64,000 nucleotides of DNA, from contig CAWJGT010000011.1 in the NCBI GenBank assembly GCA_963842525.1, positions 64,001-128,000 on the forward strand, read 5' to 3'. Shown one piece after another: positions 9,896 to 18,841 of this stretch. The stretch comes from an uncultured Holophagales bacterium (GTDB lineage: Bacteria > Acidobacteriota > Thermoanaerobaculia > Multivoradales > UBA5704). The position numbers were made by a program, and so were the translations under genes. Each line of letters begins with the position of its first letter. Position 1 is the first letter of the stretch. The notes beneath the pieces are model-generated. The model did no database searches. It had not been told where the DNA came from and saw only the letters and a program-made list of their open reading frames with translations.

Positions 9896-11617
9896 ATGAA
9901 GCACACCCGCTCGCCCCGCGACCTCTGGGCGTCGCTGCTGCCCCTCGGGGGTGCCGCCATCGCGCTGGCGGCGGTCTGGCGCCTGCCGGCCCTCGCCTCG
10001 GGCGGCCCGCTGACGCCGGGTCTTCTGGTCGTCCTGCTCCTCGCAGGCGCGGCCGCGGCCTTCCACCGGCCCTTCGTGGCGGCGTCCACCGTGGGGCTCG
10101 GGGCCCTGGTCCTGCCCTCGGCCCTGCTCCTCGGCGGCGGCATCCATGCGGCGAGCCTGGCGGCGTCTTCGCTGCTCCTGGCCGAGCTCGTCCTCCGGCT
10201 CATCCGGCGGCGGGCGGTCTACGGCCTGCCCGACCGCCGCAGCCCGCTGCGGACCTTCGAGGCCACCGGCCGCGCCGCCCTCGCCACGCTGGCCGCCGGC
10301 GGCGTCTGGGCCTGGCTGCACCTTCTCGGCCTGCCGCTCGGCATGACCGGAGCGGCTGCCGCCTACCTCCTCCTGTGGGCGGGCCTGGAGATCGCCGACC
10401 AGAAGATCCGCCGTCCTGACCAGGCCCTGCGCTGGAAGGCGGTCCTCCCTCCGCTCGCGCTCGACGCCTTCGGCTGGGCCTTGGGCGGCGCCCTGGCCGC
10501 GGCCGGCCTCGCCGCCGGCTGGACCGTGGGCGGCCTCCTGACCGCCGGAGCCGCCGTCCTCGCCCTGGAGGCGGCGCGCAACCGCGTCCTCCACCAGCGG
10601 TCGCACTTCCGGGCGCGGGACATGGAGCGGCTGAGCCGCGCGGCCAAGAGGATCGTCGACAAGGACGAGTTGGAGGTGGCCGAGGTGGCCGAGCGCATCC
10701 GGGCCGAATGCGTGCGGGTGGTGCGCGCCTTCTGGTACCAGTTCGAGCTCCTCGTGCCGGGCAGCCAGTTCAAAAGCTGGTGGTCCGGGCCGGACGGCGC
10801 CCTCCGGGAGGGGGTTCCCGAGCCGGAACGCTACCCGCCCGCGCTCCCCGGCGTCCACCGCCGCGCCCCGTGGAACATCGTGGAGCGCCACCTCCGCTCC
10901 GAGGGGAAGGTCCTCGCCCGCCTCCGCCTCTGGTGCGACCCCCGCCTCCTCGACCCGCAGGGAGTGGAGCTGGAGCTCCTCGACAAGCTCATCCCCCAGG
11001 CGACCGTCTCGCTCCAGCGCTGCCTGGCCAGCCGCGAGTCGCGGGAGGACGCCCTCACCGGCGCCGTCCTGCGGCGGGTGCTCGAAAAGCGGCTGCACGA
11101 GGTCCACTCGCAGTGTATCGACCAGGGCGACGCCATGGCGGTCCTCCTCTGCGACCTCGACCACTTCAAGAAGATCAACGACACCTGGGGCCACGCCGCC
11201 GGGGACGAGGCCCTCAAGGCCGCCGCCGGAGTGCTCAAGGCCACCCGCGAGGGAGCCCTCTGTTGCCGCTACGGAGGCGAGGAGTTCGCGCTGCTGCTGG
11301 AGGCCTACAACGGCGAAGAGGCCCTGGCCGTGGCCGAAGGGGTCCGGCAGCGGGTCGAGTCCCTCGTCTTCACCTGGGAAGGCCAGCGCATCCCGCTGAC
11401 CCTGAGCGCCGGCGTGGCCTCCTTCCCCGAGCTGCACATCAAGACCGCGGCCGAGCTGCTCCTCTTCGCCGACGAGGCCCTCTACGAGGCCAAGCGCCGG
11501 GGCCGCAACCGCGTCCTCCTCGACATCGGCCAGGGCCGCTACCAGGACCCGGAGGGCGCCCTCCACCAGTCCGAAGAGGTCCCTCCGGTCGCCGAGCCGC
11601 CGCGGATCTTCGTCTGA
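9896..11617 (+). CDS. Membrane-anchored diguanylate cyclase (GGDEF domain)
   Basis: N-terminal TM region; DALTG, DLDHFKKINDTWGHAAGD, RYGGEEF, ADEALYEAKRRGRN. Confidence 0.92.
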   Translation: MKHTRSPRDLWASLLPLGGAAIALAAVWRLPALASGGPLTPGLLVVLLLAGAAAAFHRPFVAASTVGLGALVLPSALLLGGGIHAASLAASSLLLAELVLRLIRRRAVYGLPDRRSPLRTFEATGRAALATLAAGGVWAWLHLLGLPLGMTGAAAAYLLLWAGLEIADQKIRRPDQALRWKAVLPPLALDAFGWALGGALAAAGLAAGWTVGGLLTAGAAVLALEAARNRVLHQRSHFRARDMERLSRAAKRIVDKDELEVAEVAERIRAECVRVVRAFWYQFELLVPGSQFKSWWSGPDGALREGVPEPERYPPALPGVHRRAPWNIVERHLRSEGKVLARLRLWCDPRLLDPQGVELELLDKLIPQATVSLQRCLASRESREDALTGAVLRRVLEKRLHEVHSQCIDQGDAMAVLLCDLDHFKKINDTWGHAAGDEALKAAAGVLKATREGALCCRYGGEEFALLLEAYNGEEALAVAEGVRQRVESLVFTWEGQRIPLTLSAGVASFPELHIKTAAELLLFADEALYEAKRRGRNRVLLDIGQGRYQDPEGALHQSEEVPPVAEPPRIFV

Positions 11618-11628
11618 GGAGCGGCGCG

Positions 11629-11775
11629 CCCGGAAGCTTCCGGACGACCTCCGGAATTTGCCGCCGGACCCCAAGAGAATTCCGCCCGGCTTCCGGAACC
11701 TGCCGCCGTTGCCGCGGAAACTTCCGCCGGTCGTCTGGAGCTCTCCGGCGGACCCGCGGAAACTTCAGTGCCTAC
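11629..11775. repeat. Degenerate 21-nt periodic tract (7 units)
   Basis: GGA (once AGA) at 11632, 11653, 11674, 11695, 11716, 11737, 11758. Confidence 0.8.
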
Positions 11776-12041
11776 CGGGTGAAAAATTGATGGTCCCCTA
11801 GACGGTCGCAAGGCCGTGGGCGTATAGACAAGAGCACTCTCCTGTGAGCCTACCGGGCGAGAGTTTTTGAGACAACTCGTGCTGTATCCCCGAGGCAATG
11901 GTGCCTCCGGGAGGTGTGTTGAAAGGAGGACGTGTATGTGAAGGAAAGCATTGCGCAGGCGGCACGCAGCAAATGTAAAAGCACGGGGTCAGGGATGACG
12001 CCGAACAGAAAAACTGAACAAGCCAAAAGAGGAGAAACACA

Positions 12042-12473
12042 ATGCCTGGACTTTCGTTTCAAAAGATCGTGTCGTATTGCGAGCTGCTCAACGCGACGCT
12101 GAAGGCATACCTTGCGGAGCTGCCGCACCTACAGCCGGAGTCGGAGAGCCTCGATGACCTCATCGCGGAGGTGAAGGAACTCGACCAGGAGCAGCAGGAG
12201 CTCAAGGGGCGGGCGAGGGAGGTCACGCGCCGCCGCCAGGAGGCGGAGCTTCGGGGCCAGGATCTGCGCAGCCGTGTCGTGGCGCAGCTCCGGGGCAAGC
12301 TTGGCTTCACCAACGAGAGCCTGTACGCCTTCGGGATCATCCCGCGCAAACGGACCCGTCGGCGCCCGACCCCGAAACCCGAGCAACCGCCGCCGACCAC
12401 GGAGGATTCTCCTTCGCCGGGCTCGCCGGCACAGCCCACCACGCCCGTACCGGGTGGAACGGCCACGCAGTAG
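12042..12473 (+). CDS. Helical/coiled-coil hypothetical protein with basic, Pro-rich tail; paralogue of 59235..59633
   Basis: RBS GAGGAG; RGQDL-R...G...E-L--FG--PR motif shared with the second copy. Confidence 0.8.
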   Translation: MPGLSFQKIVSYCELLNATLKAYLAELPHLQPESESLDDLIAEVKELDQEQQELKGRAREVTRRRQEAELRGQDLRSRVVAQLRGKLGFTNESLYAFGIIPRKRTRRRPTPKPEQPPPTTEDSPSPGSPAQPTTPVPGGTATQ

Positions 12474-12498
12474 CCAACCCGCCGCAGTAGGTCTGTAA

Positions 12499-12533
12499 AC
12501 CGAGAGGGGGGGGGCCTCGGCCCCTCTCTCGGT
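12499..12533 (+). terminator. GC-rich hairpin after 12042..12473
   Basis: ACCGAGAGGGGGG...CCCCTCTCTCGGT; no clear U-tract. Confidence 0.45.
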
Positions 12534-12662
12534 CCCCTAAACCTAAACATTCTCGAGAACAGCTCGTCTAACTGAGAGATGTGATAGTCTTACTCAATAC
12601 CCGCGAGGAAGAGAGGGCGTGATAAGCTCGTCGCTCGCGGCGACAGATCGATGAGGAGCGCT

Positions 12663-13299
12663 ATGTCGATCAAGAACCTTCCGCGATTGCGCAGGGCTCT
12701 GGTCGTCGAGCCTGGACTGGTACCTCCGCAGGTGGCGTCGGAGCCTGTGCCCACACCAGCTTCCGTCGCCATCCTCAACCGGGACAGGCGGACCACGATT
12801 GGCAAGCTGGTTTTTCACCTGCAGAGTGGCTCGGACCAAGTACTGTTCACCGCTCACCGTTCCCATAGTTCCCATCGCTCGCACAGCTCTCATAGATCGC
12901 ACTCGTCACATTACTCGTCGAGCCGCGGCTCCAGCCCAGTCTATGTGCCGCCTCCGCCCCCGCCGCCACCAGCTCCGAAGCCATTACTGTCTCCGCCGAA
13001 CTCCTCCACGGGTACACCTGAAGCCGCTACGGAAAAAGTGGTGATCGAAATCACCCGGATCGACCTTGTCGAGGGGACGATCTCAGGTAAGGACCGGAGC
13101 AAGCGCATCTGGACTTTCCACTACGCTCCCGAGACGAAGGTCCACCGGATGACGCCACAGGAATCCATCCGGCGCCTGGATGAGATCGTGCGCAACGCGC
13201 CGTTCCCCGTCGAAGTCGATCAAGAGGTGCTCGTGACCTGGAAGACGGACCTGGTGAAGGCCGGCCGAAAGCTGGCTGTCGAGGCTCACGATTTATTGA
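12663..13299 (+). CDS. hxsA: His-Xaa-Ser repeat precursor (HxsA-like) with Pro linker and C-terminal beta domain
   Basis: AHRSHSSHRSHSSHRSHSSHYSS at 12855-12917; RBS AGGAG before ATG 12663. Removing one base near 13283 gives ...ELTIY* ending just before hxsD. Confidence 0.85.
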
Positions 13300-13306
13300 G
13301 AGCTGT

Positions 13307-13715
13307 ATGGAAGGTATCCAGGAGACAACGGCCTGTCCCATGGTCGCCGGCCTCGAGGGCCCGTCGATCGCCTTGGAGATCGACTTGTCCGTCTCTGAGC
13401 TCGAGGCCGTGTTCCGGGCATGTTACAAACTCACGGGCCGGTGTTACGTGTTCCTTGCGCGCGGAGAGGGCGATTCCCGCTTCCTCACTGTTGCGCTGAC
13501 TGCCAAGACGTCTGACACTGTTCTCGGCGGCCTTGCGGGAGAAGCTCTGCAACGAACTCATCGACCAGCAGATCCGAAGGTCGATTTTCCGCGAGGCGGG
13601 GGCTCTCCGGGAGATGATCGTGGCGGAAGCCTTCGCCGAGGGCAACCTGCTCGATCCAGAAAGAGATGAAGGAAACTACGAGGAAGATCCTCTCAGAATT
13701 GGCGGGCGCCGGTAA
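13307..13715 (+). CDS. hxsD: His-Xaa-Ser system protein HxsD-like (frameshift near 13540)
   Basis: AVFRACYKLTGRCYVFL joined to CNELIDQQIRRSIFREAGALREMIVAEAF. Confidence 0.8.
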
Positions 13716-13953
13716 CGCCCGGGCCGTGCGTCTTCCGTTCACCGAAGACCTCTACCCGGACGAGAGCCTGCGCGAAGCGGCGGAGGCGTTCGCGGGCTTC
13801 TGCCGGATCGAGAAGGAGACGGCCGGTCAGGGGACGGTCTTGACCGTCTCTCTGGAACCCGTGGCTGGTGTCGAAGGCCGCCGGATCATTGGTGAATTCC
13901 TCAATTACCTCCTGGGTCATGCGGCGCAGGAGCGATTCCGGAGCGGAGCCTGA
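13666..13953 (+). CDS. Second HxsD-like small protein (real start possibly the GTG near 13726)
   Basis: LYPDESLREAAEAF...IIGEFLNYLL; operonic position before hxsB. Confidence 0.65.
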   Translation: MKETTRKILSELAGAGNARAVRLPFTEDLYPDESLREAAEAFAGFCRIEKETAGQGTVLTVSLEPVAGVEGRRIIGEFLNYLLGHAAQERFRSGA

Positions 13954-13955
13954 CC

Positions 13956-14699
13956 GTGACATCGCCGGCCTTTCTTCCTCGAGAGAGCTATCTGCCTGCG
14001 GAAAGGGGCTATCGATTCCTCCCGTTCCGTTTCCTGCGCTGGCCTGGGGACAAGGTGCTTGTCGTCAACGACGTCGGGGAGTTCCTCTTTCTCTCCGCTG
14101 ATCGCTTCGAGGCCTTCGTCCGGCATCGCCTGGATCGTGGCGACCCGTCCTATGCAGACCTCAAGGCGAAGCACTTCCTCTTCGATACGCCATCAAACGT
14201 ACCTCTCGACCTTCTAGCGACCAAATATCGTACCAAGAAGAGTCATCTCGACGGTTTCACCAAGCTGCACCTTTTCGTCGTGACTCTGCGCTGCGATCAC
14301 TCCTGCCACTACTGCCAGGTTTCGCGGGTCAGCACCAATCGCACGAAGTACGACATGAGCGAAGAAACGGCCAGCCGCGCAATTGATTTGATGTTCCGCT
14401 GCCCCTCGCCCGCCGTGAAAGTCGAGTTTCAAGGCGGCGAATCTCTCCTGAACTTCGACCTGATCCGCTTCATCGTCGAGATGGTCGAAGCCCGCGGAGC
14501 CGATCCTTTGTTCAACTATCGGACCCAGGGAGACATCGTGGGGCACCGGCCCACGAGCGCTTTCTGCACCAAGAACATGGAGATTATCCGCCACCTCTTC
14601 CACCTGCTCCGGGAAGGCGATCCGTTCACTCGAAACCTTCTGACGGCGTGGGGTACGGGTGTGCGCCTCGATACACTGGTGGAGTTCCCTCTGTCATGA
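13956..14699 (+). CDS. hxsB: His-Xaa-Ser radical SAM maturase HxsB, internally deleted
   Basis: LPFRF, LHLFVVTLRCDHSCHYCQVS, KVEFQGGE, then a direct jump to the C-terminal GADP...QGDIVGHRPTSAFC; only 247 aa. Confidence 0.85.
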   Translation: MTSPAFLPRESYLPAERGYRFLPFRFLRWPGDKVLVVNDVGEFLFLSADRFEAFVRHRLDRGDPSYADLKAKHFLFDTPSNVPLDLLATKYRTKKSHLDGFTKLHLFVVTLRCDHSCHYCQVSRVSTNRTKYDMSEETASRAIDLMFRCPSPAVKVEFQGGESLLNFDLIRFIVEMVEARGADPLFNYRTQGDIVGHRPTSAFCTKNMEIIRHLFHLLREGDPFTRNLLTAWGTGVRLDTLVEFPLS

Positions 14700-15871
14700 G
14701 CATCCCCCTGCACGCTCATGGCAGTGATGTGCCCCGCCTGCCTGGGACGATCGTGGGCCGCATCACCTGCTGTCCGGTGGAGTCGGCGATGCGGCCCGAC
14801 CACGTCCTGATTGTGAAAGAACTGGTGCCAGATCTTGACCTCGACGGTTACGCGGGTGTGATCACGCCGCAGCTTCCTGGGGAGGCCACTCTCGAAACCT
14901 GTGCCGGGCGCGAGGTCCGCCTGATCCACGGGGTCTCGTCCATCCATCATCTCGCAGAGGGCGACGTTGTTGCCTTGAATCCGGGCGGCTACGTCCGGAC
15001 TCTCTACCGAATTTCCTCGCCGCACAATGCGATCTTCACGACGGATCGCTGCAATAGCTTCTGCCTGATGTGCTCGCAGCCGCCACGGCCCATCGACGAC
15101 AGGGATCGTATTACCGAGCACCTCCGCTTGATCGAGCTGATAGACCCGCGGACGCGCGAGTTGGGGATTACGGGCGGCGAGCCGACGCTGCTTAGAAACG
15201 ACCTCCTGCGGATCGTCGAGCACTGCAAGGAGTTGCTTCCGGATACGGCGCTTCACATCCTTTCGAATGGCAGGTTCTTCTACTACGGTTCTTATGCGAA
15301 GAAGTTGGCCGACACCGGGCATCCAGACCTTATGATCGGGGTTCCGCTCTATTCGGATCTCGATAGCGAACACGATTTCGTCGTGCAGGCGGCGGGTGCC
15401 TTCGACCAGACGATGATCGGGCTTCAGAATCTTGGCCGATACGGAGTCCCTGTCGAGATTCGAGTCGTGATCCACCGTCACACTCACGAACGTCTACCGA
15501 AACTCGCCGAGTTCATCTACCGGAATCTCCCGTTCGCCGCCCACATAGCCCTCATGGGCTTGGAGACGACCGGTTTTGCCATTCCCAATCTTCAAGACCT
15601 CTGGATCGACCCTTGGGACTACCGCCGCGAGCTAGAAGAAGCTGTCCTCTTGCTGGCGGGCCGGGGGCTGAACGTGTCCGTCTACAACCACCAACTCTGT
15701 GTCGTGCCGCGCGAAATCTGGAGCTATTGCCGGAAGTCGATTTCCGATTGGAAGAACGACTACCTTCCCGTCTGCGGTTCCTGCTGCGAGAGGGAAATCT
15801 GCGGAGGGTTTTTCACATCCTCCCTACAAAGGAAGCACAGCTCCCACATCGCGTCAATCGCAAGCTCCTGA
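14696..15871 (+). CDS. hxsC: His-Xaa-Ser radical SAM maturase HxsC
   Basis: TDRCNSFCLMCSQPP, GITGGEPT, ALMGLETTGFA, YNHQLC, SISDWKN...CGSC...CGGFF; ATGA overlap with hxsB. Confidence 0.92.
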   Translation: MSIPLHAHGSDVPRLPGTIVGRITCCPVESAMRPDHVLIVKELVPDLDLDGYAGVITPQLPGEATLETCAGREVRLIHGVSSIHHLAEGDVVALNPGGYVRTLYRISSPHNAIFTTDRCNSFCLMCSQPPRPIDDRDRITEHLRLIELIDPRTRELGITGGEPTLLRNDLLRIVEHCKELLPDTALHILSNGRFFYYGSYAKKLADTGHPDLMIGVPLYSDLDSEHDFVVQAAGAFDQTMIGLQNLGRYGVPVEIRVVIHRHTHERLPKLAEFIYRNLPFAAHIALMGLETTGFAIPNLQDLWIDPWDYRRELEEAVLLLAGRGLNVSVYNHQLCVVPREIWSYCRKSISDWKNDYLPVCGSCCEREICGGFFTSSLQRKHSSHIASIASS

Positions 15872-15964
15872 GTCACGAGCCGCATGGCAAAAGAGGAGGT
15901 TGCGTGGGCGCACGTGGCCATCGAGGAATACCTTGGGCGGCAGCGCCGACGGCGATTGGGAGCT

Positions 15965-16357
15965 TCACCAGGTTTCCCAACTCAGCCCTTCGATCTCTGC
16001 GAAGTGCTTCTTGTCGCGAGTTGCAAGCATCAGTCGATATCGGCTCGCTATGGCAGCAATCCAGATATCGTTTTCCGGCAGTGGTCTGCCTCGGTCATGG
16101 AGGCGGGCCTTGATCTCTCCGTAGAGTCGTCCCGTTTCCGAATCGCAACCGAGCACACCGGTTCGTGCTGCAAGCTCGTGGATGCGGCTCAGATTCTTCT
16201 TTCGCTGCAGCGATCGGTGAGCGCCGTAGATCAGCTCCCCGAGAGTGATGACGCTGAGAGATACCTGCGCGGCCCCGGCAAGCCTCTGCTCGATCTCTGA
16301 ATCAGCTTTGAAGAGGCCGATGACGATATTGGTGTCGAGCAGATAGTCACCAGGCAT
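15965..16357 (-). CDS. vapC: VapC PIN-domain toxin
   Basis: YLLDTNIVI, ITLGELIYG, PENDIWIAA, LATRDKKHF. Confidence 0.92.
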   Translation of the reverse strand: MPGDYLLDTNIVIGLFKADSEIEQRLAGAAQVSLSVITLGELIYGAHRSLQRKKNLSRIHELAARTGVLGCDSETGRLYGEIKARLHDRGRPLPENDIWIAAIASRYRLMLATRDKKHFAEIEGLSWETW

Positions 16358-16601
16358 CGAGGTCCACCCGCTCGCACCCCTCCTCGATGGCCTCTTCCAT
16401 CCTCTGGGCATCCTGCGGGTCAAGTGCTCCGGAGAAGGCGAGCAGATCCCGCCCTGGCACGCCAGCGGTCTGGGCAGCCAAGGCCTCAACGAGATCCAGC
16501 ACTCGCTGCTGGGCTTCACCAGAAAGATCGTCGAGGTGCTGCAAGATCGCTTCCTTGATGCTTGCCCGGCCCATTGCCCCAAGACCCTCCACAATCGCCA
16601 T
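16347..16601 (-). CDS. Putative antitoxin
   Basis: Short ORF overlapping vapC start; GRDLLAFSG...MEEAIEEGCERVD. Confidence 0.75.
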   Translation of the reverse strand: MAIVEGLGAMGRASIKEAILQHLDDLSGEAQQRVLDLVEALAAQTAGVPGRDLLAFSGALDPQDAQRMEEAIEEGCERVDLDAW

Positions 16602-16915
16602 GATCTTACTCCCTTTCGTGAGTGAAGCGGATCTCGCGCGCCAGAGTAGGTAAAAAAAGACTGGAGGTCAATGCCTTGAAGAGGCTCTGGGCACGAAGAC
16701 GACACGCTCCTGGCCAGCGACAAGAATTCGCTGGTGGACGATTCTCTGCAGGCAAAACGCGCCTGGGGTTTGGCCGAATTTGGGCAGCAGGCACCTGTAA
16801 CGTTCCGACCCCTTCCATAGACTAACTCGAATGTATAGGCTGGCGGGTCCCCTGGGGGCCCCGCTGTCCGGCGGGACGGACCCGTCGGGGGGCCGGATGG
16901 GTAAAGGAGGATGGG

Positions 16916-17839
16916 GTGGTACAGGGCTCGGTTGCGCATCGGCCGCCGGTTTGGGAGGAACGTCTTTCCCGCCTGCTCTTTCTCGCTTTCTCTCCGCGGC
17001 TGCCTCGCGGCGCGCAGCCGGAGACGCCGCGGTGGCTCGCACCCTTCGAGCAGGTCGAGATCGAGCGTCCGGAAGGGGGGCCGCTCTCGGCGACCTGGTA
17101 TCCGGCGCCGGAGCCCGCGCGGGGCGCGGTGCTTCTGCTCCACCCCTGGGCTGTGTGGGGCAAGGCTTATTTCCACCGCCGGAGCCGGCTCCGGGCGCTC
17201 CGGGACGCCGGGTATCACGCCCTGACTCTGGACTTCTCCGGCTTCGGGGAGAGCGGCCGGCCGGTCGGTTTCTTCGACCGCGACGTCGAGGCGGCGCTCG
17301 TCTTTTTGCGGCGGCGGATCGGCGATCTTCCCCTGCACGTCTGGGGGGTCAGCGCCGGCGGCTATTGGGCCCACCCGGCCATCGCCCGGAGCCGGGGGGT
17401 CTGGGGCGCCGTGTTCGAGGACGTGTCGCCGCACCTGCTCCAGTGGTCGTGGCGCATGGCCCCGTTGGGCCGGCCCTGCTATCTCTTTTTCCGCTGTTTT
17501 TTCCGTAAGGCCTACAGGTTCCTGGACATCCGGCGCCACGCTGCAGCCCTGCGGCTGGGCGCGGTCACCTATATCAGCGGCGAGAAGGACCCGGGGATCT
17601 TCCCTGACGAGACCCGCGAGCTCGCCTCTCTCGCCAGCGGGCGGCACCGGATCATCCCCGCGGCGGGCCATCTCAGCTCCATCAAGCTCGCCACCGACGA
17701 GGTCCATGCGCTGGCTGTCTGGACGTTCCGCGAGGCCGAGATGACGGGTCGGGAGCGGGAGCCGCCGCCGGAGCGGGCCGCCTGTCTGGATGAGAGCGGT
17801 ACCCACTGGTCCTACCCGGATCCGCTCCCTGGGATGTAG
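16916..17839 (+). CDS. Alpha/beta hydrolase
   Basis: VLLLHP, DFSGFGES, nucleophile elbow GVSAG, GEKD, AGHL. Confidence 0.85.
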   Translation: MVQGSVAHRPPVWEERLSRLLFLAFSPRLPRGAQPETPRWLAPFEQVEIERPEGGPLSATWYPAPEPARGAVLLLHPWAVWGKAYFHRRSRLRALRDAGYHALTLDFSGFGESGRPVGFFDRDVEAALVFLRRRIGDLPLHVWGVSAGGYWAHPAIARSRGVWGAVFEDVSPHLLQWSWRMAPLGRPCYLFFRCFFRKAYRFLDIRRHAAALRLGAVTYISGEKDPGIFPDETRELASLASGRHRIIPAAGHLSSIKLATDEVHALAVWTFREAEMTGREREPPPERAACLDESGTHWSYPDPLPGM

Positions 17840-17921
17840 GCTCTTCCCCCGGGGTTGCGCGATAATCGAAAGGTCGTCCTGTTCTGAGGAGACCTTTTGC
17901 GACGTCTCCGGCCGTTGCAGC

Positions 17922-18347
17922 TCACGCATGCCGGTCGAGCCTGCGGACGCGGACTACTGTGGCGGGCAGGGCCAGGATCTCCGGGTCGCCGGTGAGGATG
18001 GGCGCCTTTTCCAGCCGGCCGGTGGCAACAGCGAATGCATCAGCGTAGGAAAGAGGGTGCATCGCTTTGACTCGCGCTGCCTCGAGGACCAGGGATTCGC
18101 GAGCCGGTACGATGCCGATCGGAAGGGCCTTCACCTGGGCGAGACGTTCCTCGGCCTGCGTCTCCTCAGTGAGTTGGAGGAGACGATAGAAGACCTCGCC
18201 GAGGTTGACCACGTTCAGCAGCAGGCGGAGGTTGCCGCTTTGCGCGCGGCGGAGATAGCGACGCATCACCGCCGCGCCGGGCTCCTCGGCGCGGAGGAAC
18301 GCCAGAATCGCCCAGGAATCAACGACCGCGACGCCGCCAGCGCTCAT
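17922..18347 (-). CDS. vapC: VapC PIN-domain toxin (second module)
   Basis: VVDSWAILA, NLGEVFY, LSYADAFA, LTGDPE. Confidence 0.9.
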   Translation of the reverse strand: MSAGGVAVVDSWAILAFLRAEEPGAAVMRRYLRRAQSGNLRLLLNVVNLGEVFYRLLQLTEETQAEERLAQVKALPIGIVPARESLVLEAARVKAMHPLSYADAFAVATGRLEKAPILTGDPEILALPATVVRVRRLDRHA

Positions 18348-18588
18348 CGGCTTCGATTTCGGCCTGGTGCTCGGCTTCTAGATCCGCGAGGGGGTCCCGC
18401 GGGAGATCCTTCAGACAGCCGTAGAGGGTTTCGATGGGATTCCCGGCCTTCAGCAGTGTCAAGCGCACGGCGCCTTCGCCCATGATCTCGACCGCCAACT
18501 CAGTGCCCGACACCCACTGGAGTTGCTCGCGCAGGGGCTTGGGAATGACAACCTGACCTTTGCTGGTCAAACGGGTTGCGGACTTCAT
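18319..18588 (-). CDS. AbrB/MazE/SpoVT-family antitoxin
   Basis: MKSATRLTSKGQVVIPKPLREQL; overlaps vapC start. Confidence 0.88.
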   Translation of the reverse strand: MKSATRLTSKGQVVIPKPLREQLQWVSGTELAVEIMGEGAVRLTLLKAGNPIETLYGCLKDLPRDPLADLEAEHQAEIEADERWRRRGR

Positions 18589-18741
18589 GAGCGCGATCTT
18601 ACCAAAGCGGTAAGACCGCGTCCATGGAGCCCTGTGGCAGAGCAATGGAAGCTTTGCACCTCCTCCCCCCGTACCGCAATCGCCAGGTAATATCCTTTGT
18701 CCCGGAGGGAGCACTCGGAGACGGTCCAGAGAAATCCTGCC

Positions 18742-18790
18742 ATGGAAGCGGTCCTCTTCATCGGCATCCAGGGGGCGGGCAAGTCGATGT
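18742..18790 (+). pseudogene. 5' remnant of a P-loop kinase/ATPase gene
   Basis: MEAVLFIGIQGAGKS (Walker A), then protein-like sequence is lost. Confidence 0.45.
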
Positions 18791-18841
18791 GGTCGAGGAG
18801 GGACGGGAAACTCTGCCTCGGTCCCCGCGTAGTACGAGCCC

